A stretch of DNA of 64,000 bases from Bryobacterales bacterium (GCA_003170295.1 PNAJ01000148.1:3946-67945); one strand, 5' to 3'. Shown: positions 1 to 9,176, numbered from the stretch's first letter. The notes: generated by a model from the sequence alone, not told the origin. Numbers and translations are program-made.

Positions 1-690
1 ATGCTGGAGTGTGAGGCGAAAATCTTCGTTCCCTCCATCACGACTCCAGCGCGCATCGAAGCGATTCGCAGGGAGGGTGCCGAGGTGCGCGTCGTCAACG
101 GTTCTTATGAAGACGCGGTTCGCCAGTGCGACGTCGAGAGTCGCACGCACGGATGGCAAGTCGTCTCCGACACTGGCTACGCGGGCTACATGGAGATTCC
201 GAAGCGCGTGGCGGAGGGCTATCAAACACTGTTTCTCGAATACGAGGAGCAACGTGAGGAGCCGCCCGATGTCGTCCTGGTCCAAGCTGGAGTCGGCGGA
301 CTGCTCTCGGCGGCCGTCGACTATTTTCGCAGTCACGAAACCAGTCCGCAAATCGTCTCGGTCGAACCGGAAGCCGCCGACTGTCTGCTCGAATCCGTCT
401 CGTCCTCCGACGGCGAGCCCAGTGTTTCCAAAGGCGCGCAAAATTCGATCATGGCCGGCCTTAATTGCAGCGAAGGTTCGCTAACCGCATGGCCGGCGAT
501 CCGGCGCGGCGTCGATCTGTTCCTGGCGATCGAGGATCATTTAGCGATTCGCGCAATGGGCATGTTTCGCGACTTCGGGATCGACTCCGGCGAATCGGGT
601 GCCGCGGGGCTCGCAGGTATTCTCGCGCTTCCTCAGGAATTTCAGGAACAACGCGTGCTCCTGATCAATACCGAAGGTCACTCGACCTGA
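1..690 (+). CDS. PLP-dependent diaminopropionate ammonia-lyase-like enzyme, C-terminal part (gene probably starts left of the window)
   Basis: The ORF is open from base 1. The translated GWQVVSDTGYAGY..IP..V.EGY.T block and later GVGGL motif resemble the Trp-synthase-beta-fold DpaL/threonine dehydratase group. Confidence 0.6.
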   Translation: MLECEAKIFVPSITTPARIEAIRREGAEVRVVNGSYEDAVRQCDVESRTHGWQVVSDTGYAGYMEIPKRVAEGYQTLFLEYEEQREEPPDVVLVQAGVGGLLSAAVDYFRSHETSPQIVSVEPEAADCLLESVSSSDGEPSVSKGAQNSIMAGLNCSEGSLTAWPAIRRGVDLFLAIEDHLAIRAMGMFRDFGIDSGESGAAGLAGILALPQEFQEQRVLLINTEGHST

Positions 691-1550
691 AACTGCTCGC
701 GCGATTCCCAGGTCTGATTCCCGATCTTGTCGCGCATCGTGATGACCATCGTGTACGATCCCTTCGGCAGATCCTTATTCAGGCCCAGACTCAGCACTCC
801 CGGTACATAATGTTGCGGATAGAACGACTCGCTGGTCTCCTTAGCCGCCACCGGTTGTGAAAACATCGTTTCGCCGTTGGCGCGCAGAACCGCTAATCCA
901 TACTCGACCTCGTACCGGTTCTTCTCCCCGAATTTGTAGCCCGTAATGTCGAAACGGATCCACAGCGTGTCGCCCGGTTGATAGCTCGGATGGTGCAGCG
1001 GCGTCTGATCGTTTTCATTGCGCAGAAACCGAACGCTGCGCCCGATCAGCGTCTCACTCGGTTCCACCGTATCGCCCCGGACTTTGAAATCGAGTTGCGA
1101 AGCCGCTTCGCCGCTCTCGTCCTTCACCGTTACCGTTGCGCGATAAATACCGCTCGGAGCAAGCGGAGGCACCATGAAGCTATCGGCGGCGCGCGGCGTC
1201 CAATCCTTATCCTGCTCAAACAGGCGAGCCTCCACGTGACCGGAGCGCTCTTTCTCGATCGCCACCCCCTTGGGGTCGGTAGCGCGCAGGGTCCAGGTGA
1301 GCTTCATGCGGCTCTCTTCGTCGCCCGCGTCGTTCTCACTCTTCTTGACCTGATACCCGCGCATGCGGAAGCTCCAGAAGATCGTCTCGCCGGGAAGAAA
1401 CTCGTGGCTCGCGGGCAGCGCCGGACCGTCCTCGAACTGGCGCAGCGCAAATTTCTCGATTTCGAGCTTTCGAGGCTCCGCCGCGAGACCGGCTGTGAGG
1501 AAGAGCGCTGCGCTACTGCTTGCCAATACTCGGCGTTTCCACCGGAGCAT
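678..1550 (-). CDS. Secreted hypothetical protein with two similar beta-rich halves
   Basis: Signal-like N-terminus MLRWKRRVLASSSAALFLTAGLAA at the second Met. Composition is coding-like. The opposite-strand ORF is Arg-rich antisense junk. Confidence 0.6.
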   Translation of the reverse strand: MLRWKRRVLASSSAALFLTAGLAAEPRKLEIEKFALRQFEDGPALPASHEFLPGETIFWSFRMRGYQVKKSENDAGDEESRMKLTWTLRATDPKGVAIEKERSGHVEARLFEQDKDWTPRAADSFMVPPLAPSGIYRATVTVKDESGEAASQLDFKVRGDTVEPSETLIGRSVRFLRNENDQTPLHHPSYQPGDTLWIRFDITGYKFGEKNRYEVEYGLAVLRANGETMFSQPVAAKETSESFYPQHYVPGVLSLGLNKDLPKGSYTMVITMRDKIGNQTWESREQFQVE

Positions 1551-2022
1551 CGGCGTCGATTTGCAGAGGAATCTGGACATAATAAAAACGCCCGGACACG
1601 GAATCGCCGTCGGACAACTTCAGGCGGTAGGAACTGAGAGGCACGTCGAAAAGGATGCGGCCCTGCTGCGTCTGCGCCGGCTCGAGCGTGCGCAAAATGC
1701 CGAACCAGTTGCCCACGCCTTCGCCGTTTTCGATCTCCTTGTAGATTTTCCCGTCCGGCCCTTCGAGCTCCAGCAGCGGCACTGATACTTCGCTCCCTCC
1801 GCCGTTGGTGGCCGAAATGCTGATCAGCAGGAAACGGTTCTGCGGCGCGCGAATCTGGAACGCTTCCCCCAATTGACTTCGCCAGACTTTTTCCACGACA
1901 TTGTAGGTGAGCGGTCCGGCCGTTATCTTGTCTCCCATCTGATAATCGGAGCGGGCCGTAAGTTGCGGGCGGCACCCGGTCGCGAGCAACAAGGTCGCCA
2001 GCGCGAGCAGAAGTCTTAACAT
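1513..2022 (-). CDS. Lipoprotein, DUF4352-like
   Basis: Internal Met gives a classic lipobox, MLRLLLALATLLLATGC. The ISISATNGG..V..L.L beta-sandwich-like body follows. The longer N-terminal extension looks spurious. Confidence 0.65.
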   Translation of the reverse strand: MLRLLLALATLLLATGCRPQLTARSDYQMGDKITAGPLTYNVVEKVWRSQLGEAFQIRAPQNRFLLISISATNGGGSEVSVPLLELEGPDGKIYKEIENGEGVGNWFGILRTLEPAQTQQGRILFDVPLSSYRLKLSDGDSVSGRFYYVQIPLQIDADAPVETPSIGKQ

Positions 2023-2737
2023 GATCACCACTACCCAATCATACTGGTATTCCATCCCAAGGCAAATCCGCCTGCTGTCGCTGGTTTGTCTCTTCCTCCT
2101 GATTCCTCGCGTCAACGCTTTTCAATCCGAGCATCCCTTAAGCGGCCGCCGCATCGCCCCCGTGATGGGCGTCGGCGGTGCGGACTGGCTCGATCGCCAC
2201 GAACGCGAATCGGAGGAAAATCCGGACGGCGCTCTCGACGCCCTCGGCATTAAACCCGGCATGGTGGTCGCCGACGTCGGCGCGGGCACCGGATATATGA
2301 CGTTGAAGATGGCCACGCGGGTCGGCCCGTCGGGCAAGGTGTACGCCGAAGACGTGCAGCCGGAGATGCTCACCCGTTTACGGCAGAACGCGGCGGCGGC
2401 GAAGCTCGCCAATATCCAGACCGTGCTCGGCGGCGAGACCGATCCCAAACTGCCTCCGGGCGCGCTCGATTTGATTCTCCTGGTCGACGTGTATCACGAA
2501 TTCTCGCAGCCCCAAAAAATGCTGCGCAGAATGCGCGAGTCGCTGAAACCTGACGGAAGATTAGTGCTGCTCGAATACCGAAAAGAAGACCCGTCGATCC
2601 CGATTCGCCCGGAGCACAAAATGAGCGTGCAAGAGGTCAAACTGGAATTGGAGGCGGAGGGTTTCCATCTCGACCAGGTGCTCGAAACCCTGCCGCGCCA
2701 GCATATTCTCATTTTGACGAAGGTGAAGGTGAATTAG
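2021..2737 (+). CDS. Class I SAM-dependent methyltransferase with hydrophobic N-terminus
   Basis: Motif I VADVGAGTGYMT, then KVYAEDVQ and LDLILLVDVYHE. The start is uncertain because ATG 2021 overlaps the divergent start codon at 2020-2022. Confidence 0.8.
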   Translation: MITTTQSYWYSIPRQIRLLSLVCLFLLIPRVNAFQSEHPLSGRRIAPVMGVGGADWLDRHERESEENPDGALDALGIKPGMVVADVGAGTGYMTLKMATRVGPSGKVYAEDVQPEMLTRLRQNAAAAKLANIQTVLGGETDPKLPPGALDLILLVDVYHEFSQPQKMLRRMRESLKPDGRLVLLEYRKEDPSIPIRPEHKMSVQEVKLELEAEGFHLDQVLETLPRQHILILTKVKVN

Positions 2738-2799
2738 AAAGGCCGATGAGGCGTTGCGCGACACTCGTGTTTGGATGGGCCCTGCAACAGTCTGGGTGG

Positions 2800-2819
2800 G
2801 GCAGGCGGTTTCGCCTGCC
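2800..2819. terminator. GC-rich hairpin between convergent genes (possible bidirectional terminator or REP-like unit)
   Basis: GGCAGGCG-GTTT-CGCCTGCC is a perfect 8-bp stem. It lies between the stop at 2737 (+) and the stop at 2927 (-). There is no clear U-tract. Confidence 0.35.
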
Positions 2820-2858
2820 GACTGAACCGCCATGCGTCAGCATGCGGATAGACAGCTC

Positions 2859-2884
2859 TACCGAGCCGCGACCACAGGGAGCGG
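2859..2884 (-). repeat. REP family 2 arm (consensus CCGCTCCCTGTGGTCGCGGCTCGGTA, reverse orientation)
   Basis: TACCGAGCCGCGACCACAGGGAGCGG matches the copies at 9017, 10541, 42309, 44769/44824 and 58243. Confidence 0.85.
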
Positions 2885-2926
2885 TTGTGCCCCATGTTTA
2901 GGAGACTGTCGCCGCCTCGGCCCGCT

Positions 2927-4018
2927 TCACCACAACACACTCTTGTCGATACTCTTGAGCGTCGGTCTGCCCATCAACATCATGGTCATTTCGAACTCGC
3001 GCCGCAGAATCTCGACGACTCGCGTCACACCCGCGGCGCCACCGACGCCCAGTCCCCACAAATAGGGCCGTCCGATCTGTACCGCGGTCGCGCCGCGCGC
3101 CAGCGCTTTGATGACGTCCGTACCGCGCCGAATGCCGCCGTCGACCAGAATCGGAATGCGTCCTTCGACTTTCTCGGCGACCAGCGGCAGCGCATCGATG
3201 GTCGCGGGAACCGTGTCTAGATTGCGCGCGCCGTGATTCGACACGATGATCCCGGCGACACCGGCTTTGACAGCAATCGCGGCGTCGTCCGGATTCAGCA
3301 CGCCCTTGAGCATCACCGGAGTTTTCGCGAAGCCGCGCAGCCAGTCGATATCTTTCCAGGCGAGCGTCGGGTCGAGATAATCCTTGCCCTTAAGGTTCGG
3401 CAGTTCCCTCGGAGGCAACTCCGCGCGCGAGCGATCCTCGCGATTGCGCGCGCCGAACGTAGGGGAATCGACGGTGACACACAGCGCGCGGCAGCCCGCC
3501 GCTTCGGCTCGCTGCACCAGTTCGCGCGTGAATCCGCGGTCGCGCTGCACGTAAAGCTGGAACCATACGGGACCGGTCGCGGCCTTGGCGACATCTTCAA
3601 TCTTCAACGAGGCGCTGCTCGAAATACACAGCGTTGCCTTCGCGGCGCCCGCCCCGCGCACCGACTCCAGATCGCCCTCCGGGTGAACGAAGCTCTGCGC
3701 GCCGGTGGGCGCGAGGACGATCGGAAACGCCAGCTCCTCGCCGAACAACTTGACGCGCGTGTCCACCTTGGAAACATCGACCAAAATGCGCGGCTTCAGG
3801 CGGATATGCTCGTAGGCTTCGTGATTCCAGCGCATCGTGATCTCGTCGGCGGAGGCGCCCATGATGCGCTCCCAAGCTCCATGCGAGATATGTTTTTGCG
3901 CTTCGACCTGAAAATCGAAGAGCGAGAACAGCGAATCGAGACGGGCTCGTTCCTGCGCGCCCACGCGCAGCGCCGTAAGTCCGAGCGCCGAGATCAGCAC
4001 TTCTCGCCGTGTTGGCAC
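2927..4018 (-). CDS. FMN-dependent alpha-hydroxy acid dehydrogenase/oxidase (LldD/glycolate oxidase family) with Tat-like N-terminus
   Basis: SNHGARNLD, ILVDGGIRRGTDV.KALA.GA and VQIGRPYLWGL motifs. A GTG at 4018 gives MPTRREVLISALGLTALRVGAQE. The ORF track starts further upstream at 4102. Confidence 0.85.
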   Translation of the reverse strand: MPTRREVLISALGLTALRVGAQERARLDSLFSLFDFQVEAQKHISHGAWERIMGASADEITMRWNHEAYEHIRLKPRILVDVSKVDTRVKLFGEELAFPIVLAPTGAQSFVHPEGDLESVRGAGAAKATLCISSSASLKIEDVAKAATGPVWFQLYVQRDRGFTRELVQRAEAAGCRALCVTVDSPTFGARNREDRSRAELPPRELPNLKGKDYLDPTLAWKDIDWLRGFAKTPVMLKGVLNPDDAAIAVKAGVAGIIVSNHGARNLDTVPATIDALPLVAEKVEGRIPILVDGGIRRGTDVIKALARGATAVQIGRPYLWGLGVGGAAGVTRVVEILRREFEMTMMLMGRPTLKSIDKSVLW

Positions 4019-4117
4019 AATGCGGATTATATAACCTTGTGTGGACGGGCAGAGTGGGGCAGCGCCATGCGCTGCCATGGGAGGAAACCGGAGGCGTCCC
4101 ACTCCGGCTCAGGAAAT

Positions 4118-4149
4118 CGGCGTTTATCCGCGTTCATCAGCGGCCAAAA
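4118..4149. repeat. REP family 5 unit (ATCCGCGTTCATCAGCGGCCAAA)
   Basis: The same core appears as an inverted pair at 29160-29239. Confidence 0.7.
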
Positions 4150-4185
4150 TACTCTTGTTCCGTGTAAATCGATTAAACTGACCCT

Positions 4186-4950
4186 TTGCCTCCCGCCATC
4201 ACCTTCGAAAAAATATCGCAGACCTTCGGCAGCTACACCGCCGTCGACGGCATCAATCTCGAAATCGCCGCGGGAAAATTTGTTTCCGTGGTCGGACCCA
4301 GCGGCTGCGGCAAATCGACTCTTCTCAATCTGGCCGCCGGATTGATCGCACCCACCCAAGGCTCCGTCTCCATATTCGGCGCACCCCTAACCGGCCTCGA
4401 CCGCCGCGCCGCCTACATGTTTCAGCAGGACGCTCTGCTCCCCTGGAAGACCGTACTTGAAAATGTCGGGCTCGGCCTCCGCTTTCGAGGGACGTTCACC
4501 GAGGCGAAGGCGCACCAGTGGGTCGAGCGCGTCGGCCTATCCGCCTTTGCCGATAAATTCCCGTCGCAGTTGAGCGGAGGCATGAGGAAACGCGTCGCCA
4601 TGGCGCAATGCTGGATCGTCGACCCCGACATCCTATTAATGGACGAGCCGTTCAGCGCCCTCGACGTCCACACCCGCATGCGCATGGAAGGCGAGCTGCT
4701 CGATTTGTGGACCGGATCGCCGAAAACCATTCTGTTCGTCACGCACGATCTCGAAGAAGCGCTTTCGCTATCGGACGAAGTTGTGGTCCTGTCCGCCGGC
4801 CCGGCCAGCCACATCATTGCCCGGCACCCGATCGATCTCCCACGTCCGCGCAATTTAATGGACATTCGCACCGAGCCTAGATTCGCCGAGCTATATCGCG
4901 AAATCTGGGCACAGTTAAAACAGGAGGTGCTCACCAGCTATGCGCGCTAG
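4186..4950 (+). CDS. ABC transporter ATP-binding protein (nitrate/sulfonate/taurine NitT/TauT-type)
   Basis: Walker A GPSGCGKST, Q-loop, signature LSGGMRKR and Walker B ILLMDEPF. TTG start. Confidence 0.9.
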   Translation: MPPAITFEKISQTFGSYTAVDGINLEIAAGKFVSVVGPSGCGKSTLLNLAAGLIAPTQGSVSIFGAPLTGLDRRAAYMFQQDALLPWKTVLENVGLGLRFRGTFTEAKAHQWVERVGLSAFADKFPSQLSGGMRKRVAMAQCWIVDPDILLMDEPFSALDVHTRMRMEGELLDLWTGSPKTILFVTHDLEEALSLSDEVVVLSAGPASHIIARHPIDLPRPRNLMDIRTEPRFAELYREIWAQLKQEVLTSYAR

Positions 4951-4971
4951 TGTCTTGACTCTGAAGTTCAG

Positions 4972-5077
4972 GTGGGGCGGTCACCCTGGACCGCGGCCGA
5001 CGCCCCCGTCGGCCTCTTTGAGTGCGTTCCCAGAGCCGGACCAGGGGGTCCGGCGCGGACGAGGGCGTCCGCCCCAC
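4972..5077. repeat. REP family 1 element (GTGGGGCGG...CCGCCCCAC termini)
   Basis: 106 bp with 9-11 nt inverted termini and internal mini-palindromes of GACGCCCxCGTC and GGACCxxxGGTCC type. A second copy lies at 55508-55609. Confidence 0.8.
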
Positions 5078-5212
5078 CTCGATTTATGTCGAGGACCTCA
5101 GCCGCGTTTGCGAAACTTCGTGCCTGTAACCTATTTGCCCCGTCTCGAATCATACCGTTCGAAATCAACGACGCACTCCGCTAGGAGCAATACGGTCGCA
5201 GATCAAGTGGCC

Positions 5213-5309
5213 GGCATCCGATGGGGACTGACCACTCTGTCCCGAGCCACGAGACGGCTGGTTTCCCTTATCCCCGGCGAGTGGACAGAGCGGTCTGTCT
5301 CCATCGGAT
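5213..5309 (+). mobile_element. MITE-like element, family 4 (short variant)
   Basis: About 29-bp terminal inverted repeats (GCATCCGATGGGGACTGACCACTCTGTCC / GGACAGAGCGGTCTGTCTCCATCGGATCC). The inner arms match the copies at 10617 and 60579. Confidence 0.7.
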
Positions 5310-5327
5310 CCCCGAGCACCCGCTGCT

Positions 5328-6083
5328 ATGCGCGCTAAAATCTCATTGCTGCTCTGGCAAATTCTGATCGCCGTGGCCTTTCTCTGCACCTGGCAAATGC
5401 TGGTGACCACGGGCAAGCTCGACAAGTTTTTCTTCAGCCGCCCCAGCGACATCGCAGGGCGCATTCTGACGTGGTTGCGCACCGGATCGATTTGGCCGCA
5501 CCTGGCAGTCACGCTGGAAGAGGCCGCGCTCGCCTTCGCGTTCGGTGCGGGCGCCGGAATCGCCTGCGGATTCGCCCTCGCGCGATCTCCCAAACTGGGC
5601 GCGCTTGCCGATCCCTTCATTCGAGTACTGAACGCACTGCCGCGCGTCGTGCTCGCTCCGATTTTCCTGCTCTGGTTCGGGCTAGGCATCTGGTCGAAGG
5701 TCGCCCTCGGCGTCACCGTCGTATTTTTCATCGTGTTTTTCAACACGCATCAAGGCGTTCGCGACGTGGACAAATCCGTCGTCGATAACGCGCGCATGCT
5801 CGGCGCGTCGGAATGGCAGCTCACCCGGCATGTTCTGATCCCGAGCGCGCTGACCTGGGTGTTTTCGAGCCTGCACATCAGCATCGGATTCGCGGTAATC
5901 GCGGTAGTGGTCGGCGAATATCTCGGCGCGTCGCGCGGCGTCGGCTATCTCATTTCGCAAGCCGAGGGAGTTTTCGATACCACCGGAGTCTTCGCGGGAA
6001 TGGCGGTGCTGAGCGCGTCGGTGTTACTGGTCGGATGGGGCGTAAATCGACTGGAACGATGGCTGCTGCGCTGGAAGTCGTGA
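5328..6083 (+). CDS. ABC transporter permease (SsuC/TauC-type, BPD_transp_1)
   Basis: Six-TM-like hydrophobic profile and an EAA-like loop ARMLGASEWQLTRHVLIPSA. Confidence 0.9.
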   Translation: MRAKISLLLWQILIAVAFLCTWQMLVTTGKLDKFFFSRPSDIAGRILTWLRTGSIWPHLAVTLEEAALAFAFGAGAGIACGFALARSPKLGALADPFIRVLNALPRVVLAPIFLLWFGLGIWSKVALGVTVVFFIVFFNTHQGVRDVDKSVVDNARMLGASEWQLTRHVLIPSALTWVFSSLHISIGFAVIAVVVGEYLGASRGVGYLISQAEGVFDTTGVFAGMAVLSASVLLVGWGVNRLERWLLRWKS

Positions 6084-6084
6084 A

Positions 6085-6792
6085 TCACGGCATCTGGGGG
6101 CGGCCGCTCTCAAGCATCTTCGCCACCCAATCGGCATGCGGCAAACCGCACATCGACAGAGCCTTCAGCTCCCGCTCTACGTCATACTCCACCCGCCGGA
6201 TTTCTGGCTTCGCGTCGTCCAGCAACAAGTAAGCAGCCCGCCGGTCGCCGTCGTGAGAAAGACTGACACTCCCTGTGTTGACGATCATTATCGATGAGGT
6301 CGTTCGCACAAATGACCGGTGAACATGCCCATAAACCGCAATTGGCCGCCTGAGCGGCGCATAAACCTTCTCCAACTCCGCGTCGCTCGCTTCCGGCATC
6401 GGTGCGCGCCAGCAACTCTCGGGACTGGCATGGACCAGAGCCATCGGACCATGAACTTGCTGAAACGGCAGCCCGCGCAGCCACGCGAGCCTTTCTTCTC
6501 CCAGCGCTTCCCGAGTCGCCGCCGCCATTTCTTCAATCAAATCGCCGATTGGCGACCGGCCAAAAAACTCCGTCAACGCCTCCGGCCGAAAGAGCATCTC
6601 ATCGGTATTGCCAAGCACCCCTTGCCAGCCGAGATCGCGAATCTGATCGACAATTTCCACGGGACTCGATCCGCCATGAGGCAGATCGCCGCCGTGGAGG
6701 ATCAAGTCGGGAGAAGTTTCGCGCAGATCCGCCAGCACTGCGTCGAACGCAGTCCGATTCCCGTGAATATCGGATACAATCGCGATGCGCAA
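6085..6792 (-). CDS. Metallophosphoesterase (YfcE/MJ0936-like)
   Basis: A TTG start gives MRIAIVSDIHGN. GD..HGG, GNTD and GHVH motifs follow. The start lies 1 nt after the upstream stop. Confidence 0.8.
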   Translation of the reverse strand: MRIAIVSDIHGNRTAFDAVLADLRETSPDLILHGGDLPHGGSSPVEIVDQIRDLGWQGVLGNTDEMLFRPEALTEFFGRSPIGDLIEEMAAATREALGEERLAWLRGLPFQQVHGPMALVHASPESCWRAPMPEASDAELEKVYAPLRRPIAVYGHVHRSFVRTTSSIMIVNTGSVSLSHDGDRRAAYLLLDDAKPEIRRVEYDVERELKALSMCGLPHADWVAKMLESGRPQMP

Positions 6793-6793
6793 G

Positions 6794-7339
6794 CTAATAA
6801 AAAAGGTACTTCCGCCACTGATCGTCGCTCTTGCCAAGCAGCCGCATCAAATGACGACTGGTGTGCAAGCTGAACGGACGTGGCGCTCGCGCAAGGCGCA
6901 TCCCCGCTTCTTCCGGAGTACGGCTCCCCTTGCGATTGTTGCAAAGATGGCAGCACGCGACCAGATTTTCCCAAGTCGTTTCACCCGCGCGCGACCGCGG
7001 CTGCACGTGATCGAGCGTCAGTTCTCCCGAATTGAAAGTTCGCAGGCAATACTGGCACGTATAACGATCGCGCATCAAAATATTCTTCCGAGAAAGCGCC
7101 CGCGTCTGATGAGGAATGCGGCGATACTCCAGCAGCCGGATCACACTCGGCACCCGCATGGATTGCCTTGCGGAATGGACATGCGCGTTGCCGTGCTCCT
7201 CCGCCGATGCGACGCCTTTCAATACCAGCACCAGCGCGCGCCGCGCCGCGCATACGTTGATCGGCTCGTAGCTGGAATTCAGTACAAGTACAGGTTTATG
7301 GAGCCTTTGCAGCACGCGTTCCTGAGGATTCGCGATCAT
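6794..7339 (-). CDS. HNH endonuclease
   Basis: CQYC...LTLDHV.PRS.GG...WENLV.CC..CN..K motif. ATGA overlap with the stop of the upstream comF-like gene at 7336-7339. Confidence 0.8.
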   Translation of the reverse strand: MIANPQERVLQRLHKPVLVLNSSYEPINVCAARRALVLVLKGVASAEEHGNAHVHSARQSMRVPSVIRLLEYRRIPHQTRALSRKNILMRDRYTCQYCLRTFNSGELTLDHVQPRSRAGETTWENLVACCHLCNNRKGSRTPEEAGMRLARAPRPFSLHTSRHLMRLLGKSDDQWRKYLFY

Positions 7340-8160
7340 GGGGTCCCACTCCGTTCGAGAGTTATGCGGCGATCCGTGCGTGCCACCGCGGCAACCGCAA
7401 CATGACTTGCTCCCGCACGCTTCAACACTTTCGCGCACGCGCTCGCGGTGGCTCCGGTGGTGAGCACATCGTCGATCAACAGCACACGCAAACCTTTTAT
7501 GTTCGCGCCTTTGCGTATTCGAAACGCTCCGCTCACATTCAACCGGCGCTTGGAATTACTGAGCCCTGCCTGGGGTGCGGTCGCCTTCACGCGGCGTACG
7601 ATCTCACCGACCGGCACACCCCAGCGCCTGGCGACTTCTTTCGCCAGCAATTCGCTTTGGTTGTAGCCTCTTGCCCAGCGCTTCCGCCAGTGCAGCGGCA
7701 TGGGAACAATCAGGTCGAAACGATGTTCGCGCGGGATTGCACGCGCCACCAATGCGCCCAGCGGACGAGCTAAAGGACGTACTTGGTTGTACTTAAAGAG
7801 ATGAATCAGCTCGCGTAGAGTGTCTTCGTAGGAACCGAACGTATAGACGGTATCGAATCCGGTCAAACCCAGACGGCACATCGTGCAGCGGCCCTGCTCA
7901 TCAAGGGGAAAACGATTTAAGAACGGAGTTTTGCAATCTGTGCAGTAATAATCGGCTGCAATTGCAGTGGGTTGGCGCAAACAGCGGCTGCAAACGGGGA
8001 TGCGGGAGATTTCGTGGAGCGGCTCGCCGCAAACGCGGCAATCATCGGGGAAAAGGGCGCAGAAAACCTTCTCTGCGAGAGGCAGAACGGAGCGGCCGAA
8101 ATTGGCTAGCAGGGCACTTGAGAAGACCCACCTCCAACCGACACCCTCATTGTACAACAT
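7336..8160 (-). CDS. ComF family protein (phosphoribosyltransferase domain)
   Basis: N-terminal Cys-pair zinc-finger motifs ([21 protein letters not shown]) and the PRTase signature [13 protein letters not shown]. Confidence 0.8.
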   Translation of the reverse strand: MLYNEGVGWRWVFSSALLANFGRSVLPLAEKVFCALFPDDCRVCGEPLHEISRIPVCSRCLRQPTAIAADYYCTDCKTPFLNRFPLDEQGRCTMCRLGLTGFDTVYTFGSYEDTLRELIHLFKYNQVRPLARPLGALVARAIPREHRFDLIVPMPLHWRKRWARGYNQSELLAKEVARRWGVPVGEIVRRVKATAPQAGLSNSKRRLNVSGAFRIRKGANIKGLRVLLIDDVLTTGATASACAKVLKRAGASHVAVAAVARTDRRITLERSGTP

Positions 8161-8181
8161 CTTAATCGCGCATAAATGGCC

Positions 8182-8943
8182 TTAAGCGTTCGTTGGCGGA
8201 GCCTTAAACGACCTTATTTTGACGTATAACGCGGCTAATTCGGGGATGCTCATCTGCTCAGCGCGCAGGCGGCCTTCCTCCCAACCACCAATTTCATAAA
8301 GCGGCGCCAGGTTGTTGCGCAACGTTTTTCGCTTGTGACGGAAACATAGCGATGCGAACTTCAGAAAAGTACTTGTATCCGGGACTTCTGGAAGGCTGCG
8401 GCGCTCCAGGCGGACGACGGCGCTATCGACTTTGGGAGGCGGGCGAAACGCGTCCCGCGGAACCGGAAATAGGATTTCGGGGCGCGCGTGGATTTGCGTT
8501 TGCACGCTTAAATAGCCATAATCGCGAGTTCCCGGTTTTGCCGCCAATCTATCGGCTACCTCGGATTGCATCAGAAAAACGGCGCGGGTCCAGCCGTCTC
8601 CGAGCGCGAACACCTTTTCGAGAATTGGCGAAGTTATGTAGTAGGGCAGGTTGCCGGTGATGACGGCGCCGGAGAAATCGGTCTTGAGAACGTCGCCTTC
8701 GATCACTTCCAGGCGGCCTGCTTCCATGGCGTCGTGAAACTTTTGATGGAGATAGTGGACCAGGTGGGGATCGACTTCAATCGCCACTACTTTGTCGGCA
8801 CGTTCGAGGAGGGATTCGGTGAGCGCGCCTTTGCCGGGACCGATTTCGACAACCAGAGGCACGCGATCGCTGCAGGCGGCCTCGGCGATGCGATCGAGGA
8901 TGGATTTTCGAGAAAGAAAGTGCTGGCCGAATCGACGACCCAA
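8182..8943 (-). CDS. rsmA: 16S rRNA (adenine1518/1519-N6)-dimethyltransferase
   Basis: N-terminal GQHFL, VVEIGPG.G.LT and NLPYYI motifs typical of KsgA/RsmA. Confidence 0.9.
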   Translation of the reverse strand: MGRRFGQHFLSRKSILDRIAEAACSDRVPLVVEIGPGKGALTESLLERADKVVAIEVDPHLVHYLHQKFHDAMEAGRLEVIEGDVLKTDFSGAVITGNLPYYITSPILEKVFALGDGWTRAVFLMQSEVADRLAAKPGTRDYGYLSVQTQIHARPEILFPVPRDAFRPPPKVDSAVVRLERRSLPEVPDTSTFLKFASLCFRHKRKTLRNNLAPLYEIGGWEEGRLRAEQMSIPELAALYVKIRSFKAPPTNA

Positions 8944-9016
8944 CTTAGCCCTTTATCACTCTAGCAAGATGCGACAGATCCCCTGGCCGACGAGGTTGTG
9001 TGAAAACCCCGGCGTT

Positions 9017-9093
9017 GACCGCTCCCGGTGGTCGCGGTTCCAAAAAAATTCCACAGCGCGGTCTTGATAGAACCGCGACCATCGGGAGCGGTC
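9017..9093. repeat. REP family 2 inverted doublet (REPIN-like variant)
   Basis: GACCGCTCCCGGTGGTCGCGGTTC (9017-9040) and its reverse complement GAACCGCGACCATCGGGAGCGGTC (9070-9093). Confidence 0.85.
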
Positions 9094-9134
9094 CTTCACG
9101 GTTTCCACACAGACTAAAACGCCAGAGGTTATAA

Positions 9135-9155
9135 CCCCGTCCCGTGAGGGCGGGG
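9135..9155 (-). terminator. Possible hairpin terminator after the sigma/anti-sigma pair
   Basis: CCCCGCCC-TCAC-GGGACGGGG on the minus strand, about 20 nt after the stop at 9177. One mismatch and a weak U-tract. Confidence 0.25.
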
Positions 9156-9176
9156 ATTGGGCGATCCATCGGCCGC

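Noticed and set aside
3233-4345. 370-aa plus-strand ORF
   Set aside because: It is antisense to the FMN-dependent dehydrogenase and reads through a REP5 unit. No motifs.
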